Assembly: GCA_964354285.1 (NCBI GenBank)
Contig: CAYGYR010000001.1
Span: 326,424 to 390,423 of the forward strand
Origin: an uncultured Methanosarcinales archaeon
Lineage (GTDB): Archaea; Nanobdellota; Nanobdellia; Woesearchaeales; ARS49
Length of the DNA: 64,000 nt
Reading direction: 5' to 3'
Each line of letters opens with the position of its first letter. The stretch's first letter is position 1. Of the stretch, positions 1 through 9,391 are shown piece after piece. A program made the position numbers and the translations under genes. Below the pieces are notes generated by a model. That model made no database searches and had not been told where the DNA came from. It saw only the letters and a program-made list of their open reading frames with translations.

Positions 1-870
1 AAAATAATTGAGTTAAGCGTTTTTCCTTCAAAAACACAGCTTCACCAGGGAGAAAAACTATCTTTCTTAAGCAAGCTATCCAGTGCAGAGGAACGAGAGG
101 CTTCAGTTGTTCTCACTTGCGTTTTAACAGACAAAAGAAACAACCAGGCAATCGCATCAAAACAAGAACAGTTATCCATAGCAATGGAAAAAAGCATAAC
201 AACAGAGATTATGATTCCAGAAAGCGCAGTGCCCGGAGAGTACTCTTTGAAGGCAACCATTAGCTATGAAGACAAGACAGAACAAAAAAGCTTTGACATA
301 AAAATTATTAAAAAAGCCGAGGCAGGAATGTTGCCCCAACAAGGGCCAGAGCCGGAAGCTGCGGCAATTGCAGAATGCCCTGCAACCTGCGATGATTACA
401 ACAAGTGCACAAATGATTTCTGCGAAAAAGGAATATGCAGGCATGCACCAATAACGCCTTGCTGCGGAAACGGAATTTGCGAAAGCGGGGAAAACGTGCT
501 GAACTGTGTTGATGACTGCAGAGAAAGAGCAGACACGCCAGAAGAATTGACAGCAAAGGCAAGAGTGATTGTGCAGACAGACCCGGAAAGCGCAGCAGCG
601 GTCTGCAGTTCAATAACGCGGGCGCCGCAGGCAGACGAGTGCTTTTCACAGGTCGCGCTCAGTTCAGGCAAAAATCTTCTCTGCGAGAATGTGCAGGACC
701 CGGAAAGCAGAGACCGGTGCTACGTCTCTTTTGCGTTGGAAGGAGATTTCTCTGTTTGCACAAGGATAAAGAACAGTTATATGTCAAAAGCATGCTACTC
801 TTTGCAGAAAACAGAGCAGATAAAGGCAAATATTAACCAAATAAAAATGCCTAGTTCTCAAAGCGCCTGA
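1..870 (+). CDS. Cys-rich repeat protein, likely secreted/surface (5' partial; the frame is open from window position 1)
   Basis: Frame 1 has no stop from nt 1 to the Met at 184. Dense Cys motifs (CPATCDDYNKCTNDFCEKGIC, PCCGNGICESGEN, CVDDC). Confidence 0.5.
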   Translation, partial: KIIELSVFPSKTQLHQGEKLSFLSKLSSAEEREASVVLTCVLTDKRNNQAIASKQEQLSIAMEKSITTEIMIPESAVPGEYSLKATISYEDKTEQKSFDIKIIKKAEAGMLPQQGPEPEAAAIAECPATCDDYNKCTNDFCEKGICRHAPITPCCGNGICESGENVLNCVDDCRERADTPEELTAKARVIVQTDPESAAAVCSSITRAPQADECFSQVALSSGKNLLCENVQDPESRDRCYVSFALEGDFSVCTRIKNSYMSKACYSLQKTEQIKANINQIKMPSSQSA

Positions 871-1139
871 ATGAAATCATAGATTAGGCCAAGAAACAGA
901 AACAAGGTAATAATTAAGAATGTAATCCCAAAAATCCTGTGCTTTGTGATTCCAATTGACATTAAGTCCCAGCAAGTGAGCATTGCAAAAAATATCGCAA
1001 TAATCCCCGCAAGGAATGCCATGAATGCAACACCTGCCTTTGCTTCTAGGAAAGAGATTGAAAGCAGCAGAACAGCAGTGCAAATAAAATAAACAACATA
1101 TTCCAGGCTTATTGGAAATTCCTTAAAAATTGTTTCCAT
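858..1139 (-). CDS. small hydrophobic membrane protein (hypothetical)
   Basis: 93-aa ORF with two or three hydrophobic helices. No recognised motif. Confidence 0.3.
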   Translation of the reverse strand: METIFKEFPISLEYVVYFICTAVLLLSISFLEAKAGVAFMAFLAGIIAIFFAMLTCWDLMSIGITKHRIFGITFLIITLFLFLGLIYDFIQAL

Positions 1140-1192
1140 GCTGTTCTGGTAAACGCAGGAGCTATATTAATTTTTTGTTTTGATGCCCTGCT

Positions 1193-3199
1193 TTAAATCC
1201 TACTGATGAACCCGTGCCTTGGCTCGAAGATGTCTCCTGAGCGCTTCAGCTTCTGTATTAATTCCTCAACCTCAGAATCAGTCATTCCTTTGTGGGTCGC
1301 ATCTCTAACAACATCCTCAAGAGGGATTGTCTTGCCCAGCTTGTTCTCCAGCTCTGCAATAATTTCCTTCAGGATAATTATTTTGTTTCGTTGCGCCGCA
1401 GGAACAGCTGTTGCAATCCTATCAATATCAATTGTCCCAGTCTCTTCATCAAAGGCAATCTGCCTGAGGCAGAAGTCAAGCATCTCAACTGCTTTTCTTG
1501 CATCTTTTTTAGTGACTTTATCTGAAAAGCGCATTTTTGCTGCAGCTTCTGACAGCCTGACAAGGCCCTCAAGCTGCCTCGCAGATATGGGGACTGCCTT
1601 GACTCCGTGGCCTGCTGCAGAGGCACGCATCTTTATATAATACTCCTTAAGCTCCTGGACAGCAGAATCAGAGAGTTTCGGAAAGAGATTCTGGCGTGCA
1701 TAAGCAACATATTTTCGCAAAAGTTTTGTATCCACTGGAGGCGGCTCAACAGTGTTCTGGTGCAAGTCAAGAATAAACGATGCCATTTTTTCATCTTTGG
1801 CAGGGTCAGGCAGATCTTTAATAGGGAAGATTAAATCAAAACGATTGATAAGCGTCGGAGGAAGGTCTATCTGGTTTGCAACAGTATCATACGGGTCAAA
1901 CCTGCCGAATTTCGGATTGGCTGCTGCCAGAACAGTTGTCTCACAGCGCAGTGTTGCCTGGATATTTGCCTTTGAAATGGTGATTGTCTGCCCCTCAAGC
2001 GCCTCGTGCATCGCTGCCCTGTCTTCATTGCTCATCTTGTCCAGCTCATCAATGCAAATTATGCCTTTATTGGCTAGGACGAGGGCGCCAGCCTCAAGAG
2101 ACCAGCCCTGCAGGAATTCATCTTTGACAACAGCAGCAGTAAGTCCTGCTCCAGAAACGCCCTTGCCGCTGACGAAACGACCTTTTGGCGCGATGTGGCT
2201 AATTCTTTTTAGCATCTGAGACTTTCCGCCGCCAGGGTCTCCAACCAGCAAGACGTGCATGTCGCCTCTTATCACAGCCCCGTCTTCACGAACCTTCCTG
2301 ACCCCGCCAAACATCTGCAATAGCAGTGCCTCTTTTATTTTTTCATAGCCATAAATTGAAGGAATTACGCTGCTGATTAATTTTTTTGGCATCAGGGGGT
2401 CAAGAGAGAGTTTTTCAATCTCTTCTTTATCCTCTTTTGAAATGGCGATGTCACTGAAATCTTCCTCAACAGGCCTGACTGAATTTGCCTCAAACAGCAA
2501 GTCAAAACGCGTGCTTTGAATTCCGGAACGCGTGAATATCGGAATTTCTTTAATATCTCCTGTGATAAGCACCCTTGAACCAGGATTCGTCTTCCTTTCT
2601 GAGAGCGGGCTTACAAGGTCATTTTTCAGGAAGACATTGATTCTTTTTGGCTGCGCGCCTCCTTCAATCTGCTCAGGAATCTCTTCAAGAATAATGCCCT
2701 GGGCATCAACAAGATCCTTGCTGATGAGCCTGAACTTCCCCTTTCGCCCGCATGAGCATTTGAAGGGCTCCTTGAACTTAGTGTCAAGCTGAATTATGCT
2801 TAGGTTGTTCCCGCACGATGGGCATTCAAACTTTGCAGTTGTGACCTGGGGCCGCACGTCTGATTTCTGCCTGATAACACCCTCGACACTGAGAAATTTG
2901 CCCAAGTTAACGCTTCTTATGTTTCGAATCATTATTCTGGCAGACTCTGGCAAATTAAGCACTCTAAGAACAAAAGTCTTTGCCTTCGCATCAAACTGCT
3001 CAACAGCAATCTCTCCTGCCTTCAGGAATTCTTCAGGCTGGTCAAGAAGCATATCTGCCAAAGCAGGGTCAAAAGCAGAAATCTTTGCAAAATCAATCAG
3101 AATATATTTTTCTCCTTTCCTGATTTTTTCAAGTAGCTCTGCGTAATAATTCTTTTCAAGAAATTCCTGCGCTTTCCTTATGAGTTCTGTTGCTTCCAT
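1193..3199 (-). CDS. mcm: MCM replicative helicase
   Basis: Zn finger CPSCG..CSCG. Walker A GDPGGGKSQ. Walker B IDELDKM. Arg-finger region SARQLEGLVRLSEA. The 668-aa length is typical of archaeal MCM. Confidence 0.9.
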   Translation of the reverse strand: MEATELIRKAQEFLEKNYYAELLEKIRKGEKYILIDFAKISAFDPALADMLLDQPEEFLKAGEIAVEQFDAKAKTFVLRVLNLPESARIMIRNIRSVNLGKFLSVEGVIRQKSDVRPQVTTAKFECPSCGNNLSIIQLDTKFKEPFKCSCGRKGKFRLISKDLVDAQGIILEEIPEQIEGGAQPKRINVFLKNDLVSPLSERKTNPGSRVLITGDIKEIPIFTRSGIQSTRFDLLFEANSVRPVEEDFSDIAISKEDKEEIEKLSLDPLMPKKLISSVIPSIYGYEKIKEALLLQMFGGVRKVREDGAVIRGDMHVLLVGDPGGGKSQMLKRISHIAPKGRFVSGKGVSGAGLTAAVVKDEFLQGWSLEAGALVLANKGIICIDELDKMSNEDRAAMHEALEGQTITISKANIQATLRCETTVLAAANPKFGRFDPYDTVANQIDLPPTLINRFDLIFPIKDLPDPAKDEKMASFILDLHQNTVEPPPVDTKLLRKYVAYARQNLFPKLSDSAVQELKEYYIKMRASAAGHGVKAVPISARQLEGLVRLSEAAAKMRFSDKVTKKDARKAVEMLDFCLRQIAFDEETGTIDIDRIATAVPAAQRNKIIILKEIIAELENKLGKTIPLEDVVRDATHKGMTDSEVEELIQKLKRSGDIFEPRHGFISRI

Positions 3200-3278
3200 T
3201 TTCTCTTTTTTTATTTTTTAATTTTAATATAGGTTTACCTAATTATTAAATCTTGTGAGCGGTTGTCCAGTGCGAATT

Positions 3279-3887
3279 CTACTTTTGCTTGACTTTTTTT
3301 AGGTTCTCGATCAGTATGTCAAGCGCCCCGTGGACTTCTTCTTCGCTTTTGGTTCCTGTACAAACTATCTTGCCATTCGAGAAAAGAAGGAATGTTGCTT
3401 TCTGGGCAGGAAGTTTGTAGACAAGTCCTGGGAACTGTTCTGGCTCATATTCTGTGTTTTCCAGCTTTATTGCAAGCACGTTGAGGTTAAGATCCATTCC
3501 AACAGAGCCTGCTGCAACAATGTTCTGGATTTTCACTTCTGGGAAGCCCTTGATTTTGACGTTGATTTTTTCAAGTGATTTGATTATTTTTCTGATGCTC
3601 TCGTGCACGTTCGCCATGGTGCGCGCGCCTGTGCACACAATTTTTCCAGAGCTGAAGATTAGTGCAGACGTTTTTGGTTCTTTTATTCTTATGACGAGTC
3701 CTGGGAATTGCTCTGGATTATACTCTGTGTTGCTAAGCGTTGCCGCCATTTTTTCGAGCGGTATGACGTGCCCAAGTGATGCAGAAACAACAATGTTAAC
3801 TACTTTTATCTCTTTCACACCTTTTGCTGGCTTTTCTTTTTCAGCTGGTTTAGCCTGGTGTGTTACTTTCTTTGCCTTTTTAACCAT
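3279..3887 (-). CDS. tbp: TATA-box binding protein (TBP)
   Basis: Two internal direct repeats each carry the EQFPGLV(I/Y) signature (EQFPGLVIRI and EQFPGLVYKL). The track start at 3905 is TTG. The first ATG (MVKKAKK) is at 3887, 26 nt downstream of a TATA box. Confidence 0.9.
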   Translation of the reverse strand: MVKKAKKVTHQAKPAEKEKPAKGVKEIKVVNIVVSASLGHVIPLEKMAATLSNTEYNPEQFPGLVIRIKEPKTSALIFSSGKIVCTGARTMANVHESIRKIIKSLEKINVKIKGFPEVKIQNIVAAGSVGMDLNLNVLAIKLENTEYEPEQFPGLVYKLPAQKATFLLFSNGKIVCTGTKSEEEVHGALDILIENLKKVKQK

Positions 3888-3912
3888 AATCGCACCCCCG
3901 ATCAAACGCTTG

Positions 3913-3972
3913 TTTAAATAGTATTTAAATACTAATACTGAGGTAGTATTTAAATACTTTTGTATTTAAATA
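3913..3972. promoter_or_regulatory. cluster of four palindromic TATA-like boxes (TATTTAAATA) upstream of tbp
   Basis: Copies at 3913-3920 (partial), 3922-3931, 3947-3956 and 3963-3972. The 10-mer is its own reverse complement. The first copy is 26-33 nt upstream of the tbp ATG at 3887, consistent with a leaderless promoter. Confidence 0.5.
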
Positions 3973-4180
3973 TGGATTTTGGAGGTGTAGTACCCCCCTC
4001 GTTTCTTATGGAACTCTGTTGTTTTTGGGTTTTATAAGCCTTGCGGCGCTAAGCCCGTAAATATTGCGGATTTACACCCCCCTGTTTCCCATGGAGATTA
4101 TTATTTTCTATATAAAAAACATAATCTTTAAAAACCAATCACAGTTTCTTTAAGTATAAACTTTGGTGGGTGAGTGCAAA

Positions 4181-4363
4181 ATGATTTTTAGAGGATTTAG
4201 ACCGTATTATGCAAGATCTGGGTTGAACCCCAACAAAAAGGACAGCAAACAGCCAGTGCAAGAACCAGGCTTAATAAGGCGAATGAAAAACTGCGAAGCT
4301 GACGAGCCTGATAAAATAAGAAAGTATGATTCTGGCGAAAGCATAAAGAAATACAATCAGTAA
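4181..4363 (+). CDS. small basic hypothetical protein
   Basis: About 60-aa ORF (MIFRGFRPYYARSG...) with an A/T-rich box (AAGTATAAAC) about 20 nt upstream. No similarity recognised. Could be spurious. Confidence 0.25.
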   Translation: MIFRGFRPYYARSGLNPNKKDSKQPVQEPGLIRRMKNCEADEPDKIRKYDSGESIKKYNQ

Positions 4364-5127
4364 ACTTTCATAACTTTTCTTAAGGCCATACTGAAAATCA
4401 GCGCGAAAATAATGTAGGTTCCAAGCCACCCAATTTTCCAGCCAAACAAATTCAGCATCATCTGCGGCTTGTTGCCAAGCTCAATTGATTTTACTGAAGA
4501 GTGCTTTATCTGGCTTATTGGTGCTTCATAATTTCTTTCTTTAGTTATAACCACGGGCTTGCTAAAAGTCTCATCATTATAAATAAATTCTAGCGGCGGC
4601 GCAGTATACTTTCCCTCGTCCCCTTTCATCTTAAAGACAACCCTGCTGTTATCAATCACTTTTGTTTTCTCGCTCAAAAGAGTTATTCCTTCAGGCACAT
4701 TGATTGTTATATTTCCCTTAGCGCCGTCATTAAAATTCACATAAGTATTAAATTCCTCTCCTGGCATCAACGGCTCATAAGCCAGGTGCGCCTGGAGCCA
4801 TCCGAAAAGAATTATTATTGGAATGAAAGTTATCAATGTTGCCTTCATTGACTGCATCATATACTTCATGTTAGTCTGCATGGCCTTCTTCTGGGCAGCC
4901 ATTGCTTTCTCTGGCTCGTTCTTCAGCTCTTTCATCTGTTTTTGGAGATCCTTTATCTCATCCTTGAGCTGTTTCATGACACTTTGGTTTGTTGCATACT
5001 TGTAAATAACGACGATAATTAAAGAAATCAAGAAAGACATGATTATCACAGCCCACAATGGAGGCAGATTTAGCAGCGGGCCAAAAACAAAATTAAGCGC
5101 AGGATCAACAAAACTAAAGAAGCCCAT
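4357..5127 (-). CDS. DUF106 (EMC3/TMCO1/YidC-like) membrane protein
   Basis: TM helix, then a coiled coil (KQLKDEIKDLQKQMKELK), then TM, as in archaeal DUF106 proteins. It sits at the conserved position downstream of secY. Confidence 0.6.
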   Translation of the reverse strand: MGFFSFVDPALNFVFGPLLNLPPLWAVIIMSFLISLIIVVIYKYATNQSVMKQLKDEIKDLQKQMKELKNEPEKAMAAQKKAMQTNMKYMMQSMKATLITFIPIIILFGWLQAHLAYEPLMPGEEFNTYVNFNDGAKGNITINVPEGITLLSEKTKVIDNSRVVFKMKGDEGKYTAPPLEFIYNDETFSKPVVITKERNYEAPISQIKHSSVKSIELGNKPQMMLNLFGWKIGWLGTYIIFALIFSMALRKVMKVY

Positions 5128-5185
5128 TAAGAAGTTCCTCCAGACCTAAATTGTATTCTTATTTTCATTTTTTAAAGTGGGTGTA

Positions 5186-5213
5186 TTCAGGCTCCACCCA
5201 TGAATTTTCTTAA
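5186..5213. repeat. 28-nt duplicate of the secY 3'-terminal coding sequence in the secY-DUF106 intergenic region
   Basis: CCACCCATGAATTTTCTTAACATGGG occurs at 5186-5213 and again at 5309-5337. The second copy encodes the SecY C-terminus (..MLRKFMGGA) on the minus strand. Confidence 0.6.
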
Positions 5214-5311
5214 CATGGGTTCCTCTCCATCACAAACTTTACAAAGTTTGACCAAACCGTCTACAGTAGGGTATTTCGTTACGCTCAATACCCTAAATAG
5301 CGAGGAAAACA

Positions 5312-6706
5312 TCATGCGCCACCCATGAATTTTCTTAACATGGGGTTCATATCCATCATGTGCTGTCTCGCAATGTCTTCGTAAAGGCGATAGACAATCA
5401 TGACCGTAAGCAATAGGCCTGTTCCAGAGGTCAAAGCCCCTGAGATATCAGCAACAGCTGCGAGTGTTCCAACGACAATAGCGCCCATTATCGTCAATGG
5501 TCCGATATATCTCTGCAGTAATCTTTCAAGAACCCTTTCGTCTTTTCTAAATCCAGGAATCTGAAGGCCAGAAGACATCATTTGTTTTGCCTGGCTCTTT
5601 GCATCCATTCCAGAGGTCTGGACCCAGAACCATGAGAAGATAACAGAGCCAACAAGCATGATTAAGATGTAAATAAGTGCATGACCTGTATCCGCAAAAG
5701 TAAGGCTGCCCCTGATTGCTTTTCCAACAACATCAGGATACTGTATCCATGCAACAAGGCCTGATACGGGGGAGTTTCCCACGAAAGTTCCGAAGATTGG
5801 AAGGCCCCAGTTCTGCAGCAGTCTAGCCCAGAGTTGCACGTTAGCAAGAAGCGCCGCGACAAGTATGACTGGAATGTTTGATGTATACATAAAGTGCAGT
5901 GGCCATCTTATTCCATGGCCGCGAATTCTTCCAAAGCTCAAAGGAATCTCAACTTTCATTGCCTGAGCATAAACTGCCATTAGGAAAACCAAGAGGGTTG
6001 AAGCCACGCCTGCAATCATCAGCAAGGCCGTTTGAGGGTCTCCTGCCGCCAGGCTTTGGAACAGTGCAGGAATCGCGCCTGTAGCAATTGACGGGTTAGT
6101 TGGAGAAGGCAAGGGACTTAGGGCACGGATGAAGACAGATTCTGCAACACCTGCTGCGATAAACAAGCTGACTCCAGAACCAAAACCCCATTTGCTCACA
6201 ACCTCATCCATATACATAATAAGAATCCCGCCAAGGAATAATTGGAACACTAGCAAAAGCTCAAGCTGGAAATACAGAGCAGTTCCTACCAGCTCTACAG
6301 GAGGAGCAAGTCCTGACATGAAAACATAGATTGCTGCCTCAAACAAGATGAAAAAGAAAGATGAAATCTTCTGGACTCCTTGGTATGTCTTTCTTCCATC
6401 ATGGCTCGTCAAGTCAAACTTTATCAGGCCAGAACCATTAAGCAATTGAAGAACAATGGATGCAGTGACAATCGGGCCAATACCCAGCGATATTATTGAG
6501 CCAAATTTTGCTCCAAGAATAATTGACAGGAGCTCAAATCTCTGGAGCGCGTTTGCTCCGAGGCCAAACAAAGGAACAAGGCCGAGAACAAAGAACACCA
6601 CCAGAACAATACCGGTCCATTTAAGTTTTTCTTTGAATGAAAGCTTCTTTTGTGTCGGAGGCTTTACTTCAGGAAGGTTGTAAAGCAGGCTTTTTAAAAA
6701 ACTCAT
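5312..6706 (-). CDS. secY: preprotein translocase subunit SecY
   Basis: 464-aa polytopic membrane protein. Position after uL15 in the r-protein operon. Typical SecY helices and plug region. Confidence 0.9.
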   Translation of the reverse strand: MSFLKSLLYNLPEVKPPTQKKLSFKEKLKWTGIVLVVFFVLGLVPLFGLGANALQRFELLSIILGAKFGSIISLGIGPIVTASIVLQLLNGSGLIKFDLTSHDGRKTYQGVQKISSFFFILFEAAIYVFMSGLAPPVELVGTALYFQLELLLVFQLFLGGILIMYMDEVVSKWGFGSGVSLFIAAGVAESVFIRALSPLPSPTNPSIATGAIPALFQSLAAGDPQTALLMIAGVASTLLVFLMAVYAQAMKVEIPLSFGRIRGHGIRWPLHFMYTSNIPVILVAALLANVQLWARLLQNWGLPIFGTFVGNSPVSGLVAWIQYPDVVGKAIRGSLTFADTGHALIYILIMLVGSVIFSWFWVQTSGMDAKSQAKQMMSSGLQIPGFRKDERVLERLLQRYIGPLTIMGAIVVGTLAAVADISGALTSGTGLLLTVMIVYRLYEDIARQHMMDMNPMLRKFMGGA

Positions 6707-7176
6707 TGCTCTTTACCTTTTTCTTCTGTTTTTTTAACGGGCGAAACAACCTCGCCCCCCGCTGCCTTGACTTTTTCAACAGCTGATTTAGAAGCAAAAA
6801 GGACAATTATTCTTAATTTCTTTGTGACCTCGCCTGTGCTAAGCAGCTTATTATACCCTGCCTTTTCGAGGTCAATAACATATGTGTCTTTCTCAACAGT
6901 TGCAGCTTTATCTGCAACCAGAGCATCGATTCTATCTTCTATTTCGCGGAAGTTTATTGGTATCTGCTCAATAATAGGGCCTTTTGAAATAAATCCATGC
7001 TTTCCAAAGCGCTGAATTGACCAGAGCCCTTTCTGCGGCATCTTGCATTTTGCTTTCTTTCCGCTGCCTGCATTTCCAAAGCCGCCGCGCTGTCCGCTAC
7101 CTCTATGCACAAGACCCCAGCCGCATGTTCTGCCTGCGCGTTGCTTTCTTATTTTCTTTTTTCTCTTGACAACCAT
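6703..7176 (-). CDS. rpl15: 50S ribosomal protein uL15
   Basis: KRKKKIRKQRAGRTCGWG..GSGQRGGFGNAGSGKK, the uL15 Gly-rich motif. Operon position. Confidence 0.85.
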   Translation of the reverse strand: MVVKRKKKIRKQRAGRTCGWGLVHRGSGQRGGFGNAGSGKKAKCKMPQKGLWSIQRFGKHGFISKGPIIEQIPINFREIEDRIDALVADKAATVEKDTYVIDLEKAGYNKLLSTGEVTKKLRIIVLFASKSAVEKVKAAGGEVVSPVKKTEEKGKEQ

Positions 7177-7529
7177 TATAGCATCCTCTTGAGTAAAGCA
7201 TTAATCTTGTCTTTCCTGTTACCAAGCACGCCGCCTACTGTGAAAGGCATTTTTACTCCTTTGCGCTCAAAGCCGCCTTTGGGCGGGTGCAGCGCAGTAA
7301 TCTTCATGCCCTTTTTCTTTTTTGCCTCAACCAGTTTGAGCACTTCATCATTAACCTCTCCCCAGGTTACATAAGATCGTATCTTGTTTAGCATTCCTTT
7401 GATAGAAGGATTATCATCAACAATTGCGCAATTAAGTTTCTTTCTTAGATTTAGCATAGTCATAGTGTCCTCTATTTCACCCTTGACATGAACTGGCCCT
7501 CTTATCCTTATTACTGCAAGTTTTGCCAT
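7176..7529 (-). CDS. rpl30: 50S ribosomal protein uL30
   Basis: MAKLAVIRIRGPVHV...TMTMLNLRK, the uL30 signature. Position between S5 and L15. Confidence 0.85.
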   Translation of the reverse strand: MAKLAVIRIRGPVHVKGEIEDTMTMLNLRKKLNCAIVDDNPSIKGMLNKIRSYVTWGEVNDEVLKLVEAKKKKGMKITALHPPKGGFERKGVKMPFTVGGVLGNRKDKINALLKRML

Positions 7530-7530
7530 T

Positions 7531-8376
7531 TTATTTACCTGATGTCGCTTTTCCTTCTATCATTCCAGTTTCTTGGATTGCCTTTTGGTTTGCTTTGACT
7601 TTGGTGAGCATTTTAAGCGCTTCAAGGCAGGCCTTTACAAGATTTCTCTTGACTCTTGTCTGACCCATGGTTTTGCTCCACACGTCTTTAACTCCCGCAA
7701 GCATCAGAACCTTTGCGCATTCTTCCTCAACACACAAGCCTTTTCCTCTTGGCGCGGGAAAAAGCCTAATCCTGCACGAGCCGCACCGGCCTTTAACAGC
7801 AAAAGGTATTGTGTGAGGCAGCTTGCAGCCGCACTCCCAGCTTCCGCAACCTCTTCTTATTTTTATGATATTAAGTTTTGCTTTCCTTATCGCTTTTTCT
7901 CTTGCAGGAACAGTGTCCTTTGACTTGCCGCAGCCAGCCCCAACATAACCATCCTTGTTTCCAGTAATTGCAAAACAAGAGAAGCTCGGCTTGTTTCCTT
8001 CAGGAGTTTTCTTTTGTGTCTGCATGAATACTCTTCTTGCTCCGCCACCAAACTTTCCTTTTGATTGCCCAATCATAAGGAGTTCTGTGTCCATGTTAGG
8101 AAGCAGAACATCTGTAATCTCTGGCTCAAGTATCTTTAATCCTGCATCAAGTATCTCATCGATGTCCTTTATCTCGCCAGACTTGACTTTTTTGCCAATG
8201 CTTGTTTTTGGTTTCCAGGCATCGAGCTCTGTCAGCGGCTTTTCTTTAACAACAGCTTCTTCTTCAGGAATGTCAGTGATTATGTCTTTCTCTACCTCAA
8301 GCTTTACTTCCTCAACTACAGCAGCCTCTGGAGCATGCGTTTCCGCGTCCTCAGTTTTTTCTTTTTCCTTGTTCAT
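7531..8376 (-). CDS. rps5: 30S ribosomal protein uS5 with an acidic N-terminal extension
   Basis: GKFGGGARRVFMQTQKK...ITGNKDGYVGAGCGKSKD, the uS5 dsRBD and C-domain. The extra N-terminal stretch of about 80 aa is Glu/Lys-rich. Confidence 0.85.
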   Translation of the reverse strand: MNKEKEKTEDAETHAPEAAVVEEVKLEVEKDIITDIPEEEAVVKEKPLTELDAWKPKTSIGKKVKSGEIKDIDEILDAGLKILEPEITDVLLPNMDTELLMIGQSKGKFGGGARRVFMQTQKKTPEGNKPSFSCFAITGNKDGYVGAGCGKSKDTVPAREKAIRKAKLNIIKIRRGCGSWECGCKLPHTIPFAVKGRCGSCRIRLFPAPRGKGLCVEEECAKVLMLAGVKDVWSKTMGQTRVKRNLVKACLEALKMLTKVKANQKAIQETGMIEGKATSGK

Positions 8377-8948
8377 TTTTCAGCCTCTATTTTCGCTTTC
8401 ATTTCAGTGAAGTGTGCGGTCAGATTTTCAGCATCAAGCTTCCTTTTTATGTGGCCAGCAAAGTGCCTGTCAAATTTTGTCTTGTCTGCCTTCAACAGCT
8501 TCGCATACGCTGTAATGTGCTCTCCCTTTATGCGCTTATCATTTGGGAAAATCTCTTTTGAGTGCGCAACCTTCAGCCCAGCATCAATAGCACCCTTGAG
8601 TGCTGCATAGAGCGCGCAGCCTTTCACGCTGGTCTGCATGCCAATATCCAGTATGCACTCGCCAACTTTCTTTTTCTGCGCTTTTTTCCCGAGCAAAAAG
8701 CCACAAAGATAGCAAGCAGGCAGATTGTTCGTGTTTCCTTTCCAGCCGTGCTGTACCAAGTCTCTTGAATTTGCGGCGACAAGAACCTTATCTCCAACAG
8801 GAGTGAAATCAATAACTTGCAAGGTTATATTCTTCAGGCTTTTTCTAATTACAAGCCGCAGCTTTTTGGACAGCAAGAGCCTTATTCTTTGCCTGTAATC
8901 TGTCTTGCCTTCCGCCTTTCTCCTATATTGTACTGTGAATTTTTTCAT
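8373..8948 (-). CDS. rpl18: 50S ribosomal protein uL18
   Basis: YRRKAEGKTDYRQRIRLL...RLVIRKSLKNI motif. Position. Confidence 0.85.
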   Translation of the reverse strand: MKKFTVQYRRKAEGKTDYRQRIRLLLSKKLRLVIRKSLKNITLQVIDFTPVGDKVLVAANSRDLVQHGWKGNTNNLPACYLCGFLLGKKAQKKKVGECILDIGMQTSVKGCALYAALKGAIDAGLKVAHSKEIFPNDKRIKGEHITAYAKLLKADKTKFDRHFAGHIKRKLDAENLTAHFTEMKAKIEAEK

Positions 8949-9391
8949 TTTTTCTTAAACAGGTCATGTTCTGTTGCGTAAAGCTTGATGTGCCCCACGC
9001 TTCTGAAAAACCCGCCCTTTGCTTTCAAATAAAGTGAGTGAAAATCTTGTAGTGAAATCAGTCCTTTTGATTTAAGCTCCTTTAAAAAGCTTCGCTGAGC
9101 CCTGATCCTGTTCATCCAGCTTTTTTTAGGGTTGTTTCTTGCAGTGGCCCTGCCTTTTCTCGAGCCAAATCCGCGTTGTCGTCCTTTCTTTTTCTGCAGC
9201 CGTGTTTTTCGCGCGCGTCCTTGTGCAATGCCCTGCACACGCAGTTCTGTGATCACTTTTCTCTTAATTAAGCCCCTGATGTCTGCCTTCGTGATTGCTT
9301 CCTTTATGTCTGAAAGCTTCTCTGTGTCGAAATGAACTCTTTGATGTGAGCATTTCATCATTTTTGCCGAAAGCCTTTTCTGAAGTCTCAT
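8945..9391 (-). CDS. rpl19e: 50S ribosomal protein eL19
   Basis: MRLQKRLSAKMMKCS...GRQRGFGSRKGRA, eL19-like. Position. Confidence 0.85.
   Translation of the reverse strand: MRLQKRLSAKMMKCSHQRVHFDTEKLSDIKEAITKADIRGLIKRKVITELRVQGIAQGRARKTRLQKKKGRQRGFGSRKGRATARNNPKKSWMNRIRAQRSFLKELKSKGLISLQDFHSLYLKAKGGFFRSVGHIKLYATEHDLFKKK

Noticed and set aside
1206-3146. several plus-strand ORFs (144, 155, 116 aa) inside mcm
   Set aside because: They are antisense to a strongly supported MCM coding sequence and carry no motifs.
3992-4100. SRP RNA or RNase P RNA in the tbp upstream gap
   Set aside because: It lacks the helix-8 and P4 consensus motifs. Those RNAs were found elsewhere, at 59863-60140 and 46866-47210.
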